From: Coniocarpon cinnabarinum | Lineage: Eukaryota | Length of the DNA: 50,309 nucleotides | Direction of reading: 5' to 3' | Assembly: GCA_051942205.1 (NCBI GenBank) | Contig: JAVECO010000065.1 | Coordinates: forward strand, 62,001 to 112,309 | In this document: positions 35,621 through 47,805 of the stretch, one piece after another | Layout: each line of letters starts with the position of its first letter | Position numbering within the stretch: the first letter of the stretch is position 1 | Notes under the pieces: model-generated | The model's input: only the letters and a program-made list of their open reading frames with translations | Database searches by the model: none | What the model was told of the DNA's origin: nothing | Translations under genes and position numbers: made by a program

Positions 35621-36851
35621 TCCGGCCACACAGATACGTGGGACCGGATTTCCCAGCGAGTGGAGCATTGATCTTTGGCACCGAGCTGAACGAGCACCTA
35701 TGCTGGGTCCTATCTGTAGGAAATGTCTTATACAGCTCGCACGCGTAGACGAATGACGATTATCCCTCTCGGACCAGAAGCAAGTTCAAACTCGATATGA
35801 TGTTTCTGTGACCCGAAGTAAGCACCTGGAGGCCACGAAGTTGTCAAACACGGTCATAATGCCTGATCACGTCCAGGTAGTCTCTCTGTTTGATCCTTAC
35901 TGCGTCCTTGTGCTGAACACTCTACCTGTCACTGCCCTTCTCTCAGCCTGTGGCCTGCAACATGATCATGAGGCAGGAAGTCCCAGTGTGAACACGGCAA
36001 TGCTATGTTGCATGCCTTACAGCGCCACCACTTGTGTTGGGATGGTACCTTTTCCCAAGCAATCAAATTCAAGAACGCATGACGCACTTCGGAAAGTCAT
36101 TGCAACAAAATCTCTCAACTGTCGAAAGTTGACTGATCATTACCACTTGCACCGCTGTCCAGAACAGGTGTAGAAAACTCAACGCGGTGTTTCAATGCAC
36201 GTGCAATCCGGGAGACAAGCGTTATAGCTGGCTCAATCTGTAACAGATATCAAAGTCGTTGCTGATGACTTTTGTCGCCGCCCTGTTGGCTGATTGGTCA
36301 CACAACACGAGATCTCAATTGAGAGAGGATAACAAAAATAGAGTCCAGAGGGGCGGTGCGTGGGGTTGGCCTCCTGGTCGGACACGAAGGCATCGCAAAT
36401 ACCGTCGGTGAGCATAGGATCCTTTGCCAAAATCGTCGGAATGCCCTCTCGTCTTCACGTGGAACAGACGGGCAGTTACGAAGAAAATTCCGTAGGTTTG
36501 TGCCTCATGCATGTGCCAATGGAGCCGACTGGGCGGCATATTGTCTGTGTGCGGTTGGAAAGCAGGTGCATCAATGCTGGCAAATCCTGCTTGGTGACTT
36601 GAAGTCGGCCAAAGGGCGCTCGACATCCACTATACTCATCGAGAGCGATTTCGATATTGAGGCCTTCGATCCGTAGGCAGACTACTCGACTATTGCGTCC
36701 ACCAGAGTAGCATCAGAAGTTCGGAAATGATTAGCTCGTTTTCATAGTCCGCTGAAGAGGCGTGTGTGATGGATCCGAAGACTTTGAGGTCTCATAAGCA
36801 GTGCAAATGGCGCTGCAGGTAGAGTCGGAGATGCGTGTTTCACGGTGGCGA

Positions 36852-38297
36852 TTAGTTGTGCTCAATAGGCCTCTCTGGAAGAAGCTCGTCCTCGCGCCTA
36901 CGCGCACCCCACTGTCTAAGCCAGCGGGAGCTCGGAGGCCGTACGATTTCGTTAAACAAGAAGGTACCGTAGACAAGGCCGGCGAATCCAAGGACTTGCA
37001 ACCACTTGAAGGTCTCCCAGCCTAAACCAAGGCTGATGATCCAGATGAACAATGTGCGACAAGTGTCGATGGTGCTGCGACTAGTGGCGCTGACGCTTCG
37101 TGTAACGCTTAGGCCGAAGAAGTTGAAGCCGCCGATAGATATCATGATCAAGAAACTGCTGATGTAGACTGCTGGGTGGCCGATCATTTCATGCCAGCCC
37201 TTAGCCATGTCGAGATGGCCTCCGCGACCTTCAGGCGTTCGCCCGTACGCGAGATGTGCAATGATTTGGAACATCAGAGTTACTGACAGCCCAAACGTGC
37301 CTTCCCAGCCCACAACCGCAAGAGGAGTTAGTGAGAAGCGATGCATGATGCTTTCTTCAACAACAAATTGGGTTGCCGTGAACACTTGTGCAAGTGCGAT
37401 GAGCATAATGCCGAGGAGAGTCTGCACTGCCGGAGTGGGAGAGTTAGCCTGGGCTTGGATCGCGCGGGCGAGCAAGCTGGAACTGCCCAGACCTCGCTCA
37501 TTCACTTTGAGATCTGTTGACTGCTGTCCTGGGACGGTAGCGTCATGTTGCTCGATAACGCCAGCAAGTCCTACAATGGCTACACCACCCACCACAATGA
37601 ACAAGCCCGCCCATTTCCAGAACCCCAGGTGTCGGCGGAGGAAGAGGACGCTGAACAGCCCGACGAAGAGCACGATCGTCCCTCGAATCATCTGGAATAT
37701 CGAGGCTGCTACGAACAAGAATCCGGCCATCATGAGTGTGGTGCCGATGATATCACAGGAGGCCGGAATCGCGAGAAGTATGACTCTCCATCCCTTGAGT
37801 GGTCTCCGACCTTCGTCGTTGACAGCCAGAGGCTTTGCCACAGGGTCTGTGCCTGGCTGTATCTCTTCTTCGTCGTTTGCAGATCCATCTGTGACATTCT
37901 GAGTTGCCGATCCGATTGGTTGGTATTGAGCTTGCGAATGTCTCTTTCTTAACCTGTTCCATAGTGCTGACAGGCCCACGATCAACCAGCAGCCCATCTC
38001 TCCGACGAACATCTGTGCTGTTTGCCACACTGGCTGCTCAAAGTTCTTTCTTTGTGAGGCGTCGGGTGAGTCACAGTTCTCAACACATTGCATGTCCTTG
38101 ACAGCAGTCAGTCAAGCCCGTGAAGCGTGGAAGCGGACGTCGGACACTTACCTGATACTTTGTGATGATTGTGTTGGCAACCTGCACGTTGTGGATCAGC
38201 CCAAACATCTCCAGCGGGGACTTGAGGCGTCCAGCTGCCTTACTCCGGTTAACAGCATCATCGCGATGAGAAATGGAATGGCTGCTTTGGAGGCCAT
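36852..38297 (-). CDS. SLC35F6-like drug/metabolite (nucleotide-sugar) transporter; 3 exons
   Basis: Spliced start MASKAAIPFLIAMMLLTG/VANTIITKYQ/DMQCV, then FEQPVWQTAQMFVGEMGC, PASCDIIGTTL, ASIFQMIRG, QFVVEE and VSATSRSTIDTCRTLFIW; about 10 TM helices. Confidence 0.88.
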
Positions 38298-38940
38298 GTT
38301 GGCGGTTGCCGGCTGGTATCTTTACCAACCAAGAATCAAGATATGCTAGGAATCATAAATAGCCGGTTGAAAGCGTTTAGAGTCGCTTTGTAGGAGCGTG
38401 CGCTGAGCCCCGCCTTGTATTGAGAACTTCGCGGAAGCGAGGGTCATGTGTAGTTCTCAAAGCAGAGAGCAGAGTAATCACAAGGAGCATCCAGGCCAAG
38501 GAAATGGTTGCCAGAGCGCATGGGGCATTGCGGGAGTCATGTGGTGACGGTTAAGATATGGAGAGTGGAGTCCAGATGATCTACTTCTCTCAAGCGTCCT
38601 AAGCGTATGCAGGTTGACCTGAGCTTGTCACCTTAGCTTGACGTCTTGGCCCCATCTTCTTTATTCAATACTACCTAATCACTCTGAACCCTTTCACAAT
38701 CAGGTCTCCCTTCTTCAACTGCACATTTTGATCGCTGGAAGCTTTGCCGGAATATGTATAGGTGACTAACAATTGATACAACATACAGACTGCGTTTTAA
38801 GCGCTATAATTATCCCGAACCCTGCATTTGGCAATCGATTCAAAGCCAAGCAGCTTTCGCTCTCAATTTCGAGAAAACCCGCTGTCCGATATTGAGCTTC
38901 TTATATCAAGAACAGTCATTTGGAGACGGCCAGTGCTAGT

Positions 38941-39547
38941 ATGGCGGAAGAGGTATGCTGTTCGCTCCCTTCCAACGAACCCCTCAAGAAATAGCTAACT
39001 TGCAAAGGACGGCGCCTCTCCACGCGAACTCATCATCGAAGCTTGCCGCCGCAATAATACCTCTCTGTTGACTGATCTCATCAACTCTCTCTCGGGGTCC
39101 GCCAAGGGTCCTCAGGCCATCTCAGCACTTATCAATGATACTGTCTCTCCCACCGGCTTTTATCCTCTTCACATTGCCGCCTCCAATGGGTCATATGAAG
39201 TTCTCGACATCCTCCTTGATCAGGAAGGCGTAGAAACAGATCCACATACCCGCCGTGACGAGCGAACGCCGTTACACTGTGCGGTTGAGTACTGCAATTC
39301 GCTGCCCAAAGAAGAGTGGGAAGAGGGTGGAAGTGGCCGAGCGGTAGTTGAGATCTTGCTCGATGCGGGCTGTGATCCAAGAACTCGAGACAAACACAAG
39401 CAGCGGGCAGTAGACATCTGTGACCCACGCAGTGAAGAAATTCGCAATGTTCTAAGACGTGCGGAGATGGTATTGGTTGAAGGTGCAGGGTTAATGGAGG
39501 AAGGCGGCAAGGAAGGAGGCGACGGACCCCCGAGTGACAGTGAGTAG
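38941..39547 (+). CDS. Small ankyrin-repeat protein; 2 exons
   Basis: 12-nt first exon MAEE, an intron with GTATGC..GCTAAC..AAG, then DGASPRELIIEACRRNN; ankyrin motifs YPLHIAASNG, TPLHCAV and ILLDAGCDPR. Confidence 0.88.
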
Positions 39548-41426
39548 GAGCCTGGGACCTCGAAAGGCCTACGAACGCCTCGACAAACAATTCAACACCA
39601 AGCGGTTCAGCATGCACGCTACCGAGTGTGAAACGGATCTCGTTTGATTGAACATAGACTCACCAAAGACACATGAGAATATGCTAGGATCTCAACACAG
39701 ACACCAAGAAGGCATGTACTACTAGAGAAAAATCTGCCTGATTGGCTAATCACCTACAAATGCCCCGCGGGAGCAATTGAAGAATGTAGTACCAATCATA
39801 CGCGGACCCTTCACCGCCAGTGGTGCGGCTCCGATCAAAGGGCGAGGCCTTCCTGTAAGCAAGCGAAAACAATCTCGTCAAGCGACCGTTGGTATCTCGT
39901 CATCGATAAGCGCTGAAGTCTGGCGTCACTTCATCCTGGTTCGACCGGGCAGCGATCTGACAGCCACGTTACTCTATTCTATGGCAGAACCACTGCCATT
40001 ACATTCAAGCCGGCTCAGTATCTACATGAAGACACCATCTGGTTGAGATATCTGACGCGACGCGTTGTGCATCTTCTCGAATACGTACCAGAACGTTGAT
40101 TAAGCTTAATGTGCTCTGCCCTAACAGGGAGGTCCGCTGCGCAGAACCCTGAAAGAATTCCAGCCTGTTGCCTCAGTGTCGCTGAGCGCGCACGCCACGC
40201 AACGGCTGCGGGATCGTTGAGAAGTGCGTCTCGCGAGTGGAGTGCGAATGGCACAACGGCGACGCAGGTCCAGCTCAACAGCACAAGCAGGCTCATGCAT
40301 GCCAGCAATGCCACTGCGGCAGGGTTGTGTACTGAAAGCTAAAAAGATGTGTCAGGATGCTGGCACTCACGGGCGACCGTTGGGTAGAAGCGAGTAGAAG
40401 CGAGATAAGCACCATGGCGCACACTCGGTAGACGGTGACAGCGTGCGTCAACCAGGCCAAGTGACAGCCGGGGCTGGGGTCAGCCGACGGGGAGATCTGG
40501 GGAAACCCTGCTAGACGCGGACAAGGCTGGGTGTTGGGCTGGGCTCGCGATACTTCGCCAGACGTTGACATGCAGAGTGGCGTGAGGATTGCAGGGTGAA
40601 GTCGTCAAGTCTCAGAGGGCGTCACTGCATCGAGTCGCTGGCGAAAAAGGGGGCTAGAAGACTGCGCTCCTGGCTCGCCCGTGGCCAACGCCAGAACAAT
40701 GAGTAGTACTCCGTAGATCGACGCAGCGGAGGTGCGCTGTGTCTTGATTAGGAGAGGCAGCAGGGGTCATGACTCGGGCGAGGGAGAGCAGCGTGGCCGC
40801 AGTCAGAATGAGACCTCAAGGACCAAGTGGTGGCGGAGGCCACGTGATGATCCTCCAAACCCCAAAAGACAGGGCGCACAGGACCTCTGCGCGCTGCGAC
40901 AAGTGCTGACAAAAAGGCATGCGTGTTGATGCAGTGCAATCTCCCTTTTGTTGGCCTGCATATACTACAAGACCCGGCGATCGAGACGAATGCGGCTCTG
41001 CGTTGTGCTGGCGCTTGGCGAGGGGTTGCTCGTCGATGCTTAAGACGCGTTGTGGCCTACCTACCCATCTACCTACCTACACATCTCCGCACTTTGCACT
41101 CCCGTCCCACTCTGTCCTAGCCCAACGCTCCGTTACTCTTTCGCGCGGGGCTGCTCTGACTGGTCTAAGCCCTTTCCTGCAAATTGACGAGCAACCTTGG
41201 AGCTTCTGCCAGGGCGAGTGATAGTCCGGCGCCGTCCGCAGCATCCTCACTGGCTTTTCTCCGGTTCGAGGCCGGCTAGTGTACCAGGCTCACACCTCTC
41301 TGCTCTGCCGCTCCACTCGTCTTCGTCTGATCCTCCGCCCTCCTCATTCTTCTCAATCTCCTTCTCCGTTGCTAATATTGCTGGTGTCGCCGCCACCTGC
41401 GCCCCGGGTGGCAAAGCGCGAACAGC

Positions 41427-42906
41427 ATGTCGTGGCACAAGCGCATTTCCAGTGAAGCGTTTGCGACCGAGAAGAACGGCAGTATACCCCTGCACAGACT
41501 CACCAACAGGCAGCCGTCGGGTCTATTACGATTGAGGTGGATTCCGTGTTTGGCCGCCATTGCAGGCACCTTTCTCATATCCGCTGTGTGCTTCGACTTT
41601 TACGGAGGTTTGCAAAACCTCTTCACCGGAGTCTTTGCGGATTCGACCGTCGTCCAGACTCCACCATCCTCCGCGCGCTTCGACGGATGGGAGAAGCTAG
41701 ATCGTTTGTTCGTGTTGTGAGTGATGCGCGCGTGTTCGCCCTAAGGGGCCTTACATTTGCTAATGGTGCAACCCCAGTGGCGAGACGTACTCCGCCACCG
41801 GCTTCAATGTGAACGGAACGCAGCCCTCTGTCGGTAATCCATTTGGCAATCCAACATTGGAGTGAGTCGCTGGGTGATCAATGTGAAGGTCGTGTCGTCT
41901 AATCAAAGCTTTAGCTATGCACCGGGAATGCCTTCCCTCGGACCAACGTAAGTTGTCACCCTCCTTATGGAAGGGATTCCCACGCTAATGGAGTCAATGC
42001 AGCGGTCCAGTCTGGGTGTAAGGCCCATGCCGATTCATTGTGTTTATTAATTGATATACTAATAACAAGGCAGTCATTATATCACGCAAATGTACAACCG
42101 AAGCATGATCAGAACGTACGATCTTGCCGTTGGTGGCGGCACGATCAACCGCAACTTGGTCAATCCCGTATTTCCAACAGCCAAAACCTTCTACGACCAA
42201 ATCCAGCACTCCTTCATTCCTTTCTATGGACAGCAAGCCTCTGATGCAGGCTGGTCACCGAGCAAAACCCTGTTCGCCATCTCATTTGGCGTCATGGATA
42301 TGATCATCCCCTTTCATGAGGAGAAGAGGCCTGAAGTTGACAAGCTGCTCAGCTCATACGAGACAGAGCTGAACAAAGTCAGTCTTCTCCCCGCGTTGCT
42401 TTCGAGCGCGATGTTCTTTCCATTACTGACATGTCGTCCAGCTCTATGACCTCGGCGCACGAAACTTTCTACTTCTCAATATACCGCCGGTGGACCGCCC
42501 TTATCGGAGTGACAAAGCGGGCGTCAGAGCTCTACATACGGACGTGATCGCTTTTAATCGCCAGCTCAGCGAATTGAGGCAGCATTTCGTCAAAGACCAT
42601 AGGGACGCTAATGCTTTTCTTTTTGACACCAACTCATTATTTGAGGCTATCATTGCCGAGCCGAGCACCGTCCTACAAACGAATCGCATCACGTATACCA
42701 AAGGACCTTGTCCACGGTACGACCTGGGCATCGGCTTTGAGGGTGTGCCTGACCTGGATCGCCTGGACCCTAAATGTGGTGTGCCAGTGTCGCAGTATCT
42801 GTGGCACGACTACATTCATCCAACATACCCAGTGCACGAAGCACTAGCGGCAAAGATAGTCGAGGACTGCATGATCTCAGGAACGAGGAAGGGATTCTGC
42901 TCGTAA
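41427..42906 (+). CDS. SGNH/GDSL-fold protein (CE16-like acetylesterase family) with an N-terminal membrane anchor; 6 exons
   Basis: Spliced blocks LFVFGETYSATGF, GNPFGNP, GPVWVHY, YDLAVGGGTI, FGVMDM, LYDLGARNFLLLNIPPVDR and YLWHDYIHPT. Includes a 15-nt micro-exon at 42003-42017. Confidence 0.85.
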
Positions 42907-44085
42907 CGTTGGGCGCTGACCGCCGCACAACATTTTAGGAATGTTCTCACGACTTAGCGACGGGGCTTCACCATCTTACACAATAACAATAGAGAAGGTC
43001 GGGCAAGGATGCAGAGCTGGATATACGATATTTCGGATTTTATGATACCCCTGGATGTTGGATATAGACGAGAGGGAAAACGAGCGGCGCACGCAGGTAC
43101 ATGCCTGCGTTGGTGTCACGGTCATGAGCAAACATCACGACCCCGATTATGCTGCAAAGACGCACAGTGGATACTGATGATTCATAGACATAATCACAGA
43201 TGACATGCCTCGCTCAGAATTCTTTTTGCGAATCCAACACGGCGTGCACGACTTTGATGGCACCATCTGATGAGCAGGCGAGCGTCTGATGCATTGTGGT
43301 TACGTACGAGAAATGCAGAGCACCGTGTAGCTGGACGGGCATCGTCGATGCCACCCTTCGGCCAGATGCGACGGCCAAGTCGTGTGCCCGAGTCTTGTCT
43401 CTTAGCTCTGAGACGTTGCGTCAGCGAACGCGGTCGAAAAGGGCAGCCCGAGAAAGCCAAAGCATGATGGAGCAGATCATGTGCGGGCTTGGCAGGAGGT
43501 TACCGGAAGCGGCGAAGACGGATGGATCGCGAGGCGGCAGGGTACGCCACCCATCCACGCCAACCTAACCCTGCCACGCTGCCAACCCTCCCTTGCTGCC
43601 CTCGTCTTCCCTGCTATCGCTTGCCGCACGCCCTGCACCTCCTTTTTCTCTTCCGTCCTTGCGCAAATTACGCCACTAGTCTGCCTGTAAAATTGGCTGT
43701 GTCCGGGAGAGCGGCTTCCGCGCTGCTGTCAACAGAGTCATTTGAAAGATCCAACATGCTCCCCGTCGTAGACTTCGGGGAAGCCGCCCAAGAATGCTTC
43801 ACGTGCGCGCGAGCCAACGAGTCCAGCAGATCGTTTAACGCGTCTCCCTCACTGTCCACCCCCAGTTCGCTGGGAACGTGATCACCAGTCGCCTGCTACT
43901 CGCACAAGCACTCCATCCTGGCCAAACTATAAACTTCCTATCATTCTTCTTCTCCCCCCTTCCCTCTGATCCTTGGTCCTCCAGGCTTCCTCAACTCTTT
44001 CTTTTCCTTCCCTTGTCTAGAGCCAATCGACCAGACCCTGTACATTCCTTCCTCGACGCTAACACTGCAGCCTCCGTCCCTCACA

Positions 44086-45513
44086 ATGTCCTGCTTGCAA
44101 AGTCTAAAGAACCTCTTCCATAAGGTCAAACCAGGCAGTCAGCCGGCTCCGCAGCCGCAACCTTCGCAGGCCTCCCAACCTGCGGCACCCACGCAGCCCA
44201 CTACGCCCTCAGCACCCTCTCAGCCCGCCAAACCTAGCCCGACCCAACCATCGACTGGTGCTCCGGCGACTGGGAACACTCCAGGTGGCGGCGACAAAGC
44301 CAACGCACCAACAACGGATCCAGCATCATCTCAGCCTCAACCTCAAGATCCGCCTGCATCAGACGCGCCGAGCACGCCGGCCACCATTAATTTCGATCTG
44401 GTCAATCAGACCGACGGCTCGCAACCGGTCTTTGCTTTCATCACTGGACAGGCCATCAATAATGGCAACAGGTTCTTTCTCCTTCAAGCCGATGGCCGGA
44501 CGCCTTACTACCCAGACAACCCATCAGCTACCAATGCGCCTCTTGCAGTCAACTGCGCCATTGCTCTGGGCGGAGCTGGCGCGACCACCACGTGCACGAT
44601 TCCTCAGATAGCCGGTGGTCGTATCTGGTTCTCCGTCGGCCAGGCCTTGATCTTCCAACTGAATCCAGGCCCCAATGGTCCTGCCCTTGTTGAACCGAGT
44701 GCTCTCAATCCATCGGATCCATCCATCAACATCCGCTGGGGTTTCGCCGAATTCACGTACAACCAGCAACAACTCTTTGCCAACATCTCTTCTGTCGACT
44801 TTGTCGGTCTCCCCATTGGCTTGGACCTCTACGACACCAATGGCGCGGATCAGCACGTTGGTGGTCTTCCCGCTGATGGCATCCAGAGAATCGCAAATGG
44901 CTTGAACGCACAAAATGCCGCTGATGGTGCCGGATGGAACAAGCTCATCGTGAATGGCCCTGGCGGTGTGCTTCGTGTTCTCTCGCCGAACGCCGCAAAC
45001 ACAGGCGGCAATGGTGTTGCGTCCAACTACTACGATGCCTACGTCAATGATATTTGGAGTCGTTACAGCAACACGCCGTTGCAGGTCGACACGCAAGCCT
45101 CCTTTGGAACCGTCTCGGGCACTGTGCAGAATGGTGTCCTCACCTTCGACGGCGGCGCGACCTTTACCAAGCCCTCAACAAGCGACATCTTCTCCTGCAG
45201 CACGGGTCCCTTCTCTGGCTCCTCAACTGAGCAACTAGCCATTACGCCACGTCTGGCCGCTGCGTTCAACCGGACTACTTTGCAGCTGAATGCCGTGCAG
45301 CCGGATGGCGTCTCCCCGCCCCAGTACTACCAGACGAGTCCTACGAATCACTACAGCAGGATCTTGCATCAGACGAGTGTTGATGGGCGAGGATATGCAT
45401 TCCCGTATGACGACGTCGTGCCAAATGGTGGCACCGATGTCGCAGGCACGGTTTTTACAGGTATCCCTCAGAGGCTTGTGGTCAGTGTTGGTGGCGCGAA
45501 TGCTCATGCGTGA
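44086..45513 (+). CDS. Glycoside hydrolase family 64 beta-1,3-glucanase with a Pro/Gln/Ser/Thr-rich N-terminal extension
   Basis: IPQIAGGRIWFS, ALVEPS..NPSDP, WGFAEFTYN, ANISSVDFV, RLAAAFNRT, TNHYSRILH and GYAFPYDDV. Confidence 0.93.
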   Translation: MSCLQSLKNLFHKVKPGSQPAPQPQPSQASQPAAPTQPTTPSAPSQPAKPSPTQPSTGAPATGNTPGGGDKANAPTTDPASSQPQPQDPPASDAPSTPATINFDLVNQTDGSQPVFAFITGQAINNGNRFFLLQADGRTPYYPDNPSATNAPLAVNCAIALGGAGATTTCTIPQIAGGRIWFSVGQALIFQLNPGPNGPALVEPSALNPSDPSINIRWGFAEFTYNQQQLFANISSVDFVGLPIGLDLYDTNGADQHVGGLPADGIQRIANGLNAQNAADGAGWNKLIVNGPGGVLRVLSPNAANTGGNGVASNYYDAYVNDIWSRYSNTPLQVDTQASFGTVSGTVQNGVLTFDGGATFTKPSTSDIFSCSTGPFSGSSTEQLAITPRLAAAFNRTTLQLNAVQPDGVSPPQYYQTSPTNHYSRILHQTSVDGRGYAFPYDDVVPNGGTDVAGTVFTGIPQRLVVSVGGANAHA

Positions 45514-46311
45514 GCGACTACGGGTGTGCGAAAGGAGTCAAGGCGCGTGCATGGACACACAATTTGTAAGTTGATGTTGCATGAGTGAGTCTGGAAACCT
45601 TTTGTATATATGGGAGAAATGCATTGTCGTGCGTGAAATCCATGCAAGGTGACAGCGAAGCTGTGTGGTGTATATACCAATTTGATACTATTCGAGCCGT
45701 TTCTGCAACACACTAGAGAAGAGCCTCATACTCTGCGTTGTGACGTGTCTCGATGTTAGATTCCCTCCCTCTGCCTCGGTACTCGGATACCTACGTATAT
45801 TCCTGTCGTCATCAAATTGAGGGGAGAGTGAAACCCTGCCCACGATTTTGAATATTCAAATCACGGCACAGCACAATACTTGTCGTAGGGCCACCAATTT
45901 TCCACGAAGCTCTCTATACATTTTGGACTGCAACTGGCAATGCACGAACCAATTACCAAGCACATACAATTTTTTAAAAACTCGCGCGTATCTCTAAGTA
46001 AGCTTTACGCTTTATCGTACATTAATTTTTTCAGAGAAAGTATGGGATTAGTGGTAGAAGAGCAGCGTCCAAAATGTAGAGGTCGTTAAGCTAGGCTGAA
46101 CATAGTTTAGCGTGGTAACGAAATCAATCTACCACCCTTGGCGATTGCTATTCAACATAAATCTCAAGGGTCCTTTGAGTCATGTTGGATCGATACTTTT
46201 GTTTCGCAGTCAAAAAGGCCTATCGTCTACCTCTGGAGATCCTGTAATTTGCGGCCCAACGCGAGCGCTGTGAAGAAATCCACGTCTTAGCGTAACAGCT
46301 CCCGGGTCATC

Positions 46312-46958
46312 ATGATCGTCTGTAAGATGCGTCCCACAGTGAAAAGACTGGGGCATAGGACGCAGAACCCCTAACAATGCGTCTTAGTCTGTCCAGTCTG
46401 CTCTAATCTTCTCACTATCACGCAGAACAGGGATGCATTGAATGCGGCAGCAGAGACGACGATAGAGGAGCAAGCCAGGTATCAATTTGAGTGTCGGACA
46501 TGTCCTTACCAGTAAGTGGTTTCATATTTGACGAATCATGGTTCAAATACCCGGCAAATCATCACTCATGGCGCTTTCGGTCAAGAGCTCCCTAGTGAGG
46601 TCGCAAAGTATTGCACTGAAGCGAAGAAATGTCTCACTGCCCATAAGTGACCCATGCGATACTCAACAAATGTTATCCGAAATCTTTCATTTTGCTCCAT
46701 AAAGCTAATGAAATCTATAGATATGCCATCACTCAGCCGCTTCGCGAGCGCACACACTTTCCCCGCAAAGTCGCCAGCGACGTCATTGGTGGAGCTGAGG
46801 CCTGGCAGAATGTGGACAAGATGCCGCATTTATGTTCTGCAGAGGGATGCGACTCGCAGGAGGCGTACTTTTATCAAGTGCAGATCCGGAGTGCAGATGA
46901 GCCGATGACTACGTTCTTGAAGTGCGTGGGGTGTGGACGCGAGTCAAGAGAGGGTTGA
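46312..46958 (+). CDS. RPC11: RNA polymerase III subunit C11 (Rpc11/POLR3K); 3 exons
   Basis: MIVFCPVCSNLL..FECRTCPYQ (N-terminal zinc ribbon) and AYFYQVQIRSADEPMTTFLKCVGC (TFIIS-like zinc ribbon); introns at about 46322-46387 and 46512-46720. Confidence 0.93.
46554..46671 (+). ncRNA. Candidate intronic box H/ACA snoRNA
   Basis: Within the 209-nt RPC11 intron 2: hairpin with internal loop (TCACT/AGTGA, GCTTT/AGAGC), ANANNA box AAAGTA at 46605-46610, second hairpin (TTGCA/TGCGA, TCACT/AGTGA), and ACA at 46666-46668. Folded by eye only. Confidence 0.45.
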
Positions 46959-47264
46959 GTCAGGAGAGGGATAGACGTCCGACCAGCCGGAGAAACGATG
47001 AAACGTTCCTTTCAGACTCGCTTACGGGTATGGTGGGTAGGGGAGGAGCAGGAGGAAGGAGAGCGACACCGCACATTTGAGGATTGAAGGATCAGTGTGA
47101 GCAGCGTCAGGAGTCTGAGAATATGACCGTGAGGATTTGATGAGTGTGATGAGCAGACGCGAGCTTTTGAAGAGACGCAGGATTAGGAAAGTTAGAGCTA
47201 AGGCGACGCAGAGGTTGTGTCGTAGCCAGCATGGCTACAACGGACTGGAGAGCAAAGCTTTCGA

Positions 47265-47805
47265 TCAGACTCGCCTACGCTTTTTAGAACTCCGCTCATG
47301 ATGCACCGGTCTCTCATACAACTCTTTGGCCTGGCTGGCGTCTACTCCGCTCTCGATCTTGAAATGCGAAGACAGGAAGCTCTCCAACACGTCCTGGTCG
47401 TCACCATCCTCCATAAGAGCAACGAACCACACCTTCTGTTTACCCTGTCGCTCCCCGACGACTTCCATATAGGCAATCTCGCCATCGCCACTGTCCAGTA
47501 CTGCAGATCCGAAACCTCTGTTCCAGCAGTTTAGCTGTACTGTTCGTTGGCTCTACCTGTCTCACGAAGATTGCAGCATACCTAACGTCCACTTTACGTG
47601 GTCGGAATTTCACGACCTCATTGAAGTAATGATGTATCGCTTGCTCCCAAGAGGCAAGCTGGGGCCATGCAATATGCGGGCGTGGACCAATGGGCACGCC
47701 AAAAATATGATCAAGTGGGAAGTCCATGATGTGCGGAGACTCAAAAATCGGGTAATATATAAAACATTTGAATGAGACACAGCTCGCGATGGACGAGTAA
47801 AGGAC
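47265..47805 (-). CDS. Hypothetical protein; two 3' exons resolved, 5' end uncertain
   Basis: Phase-2 intron 47518-47581 (GTATGC..GCTAAA..CAG) joins ..MDFPLDHIFG..RKVDVR to GFGSAVLDSG..KVWFVALMED..SKKRRRV (basic, NLS-like end). Confidence 0.5.

Noticed and set aside
35808..36730. Several 65-120 aa ORFs between the protease and the transporter
   Set aside because: Overlapping, without motifs or a consistent splice model.
39934..39950. tRNA T-arm-like CCTGGTTCGACCGGG, and a D-loop-like TAGTGGTAGA near 46049
   Set aside because: Loop size is wrong and no cloverleaf or paired A/B boxes can be built; no tRNA called.
39600..41400. Many short ORFs in the long intergenic region (also 1-1000 and 42950-44050)
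   Set aside because: No recognisable domains or coherent exon chain; treated as promoter or UTR sequence.
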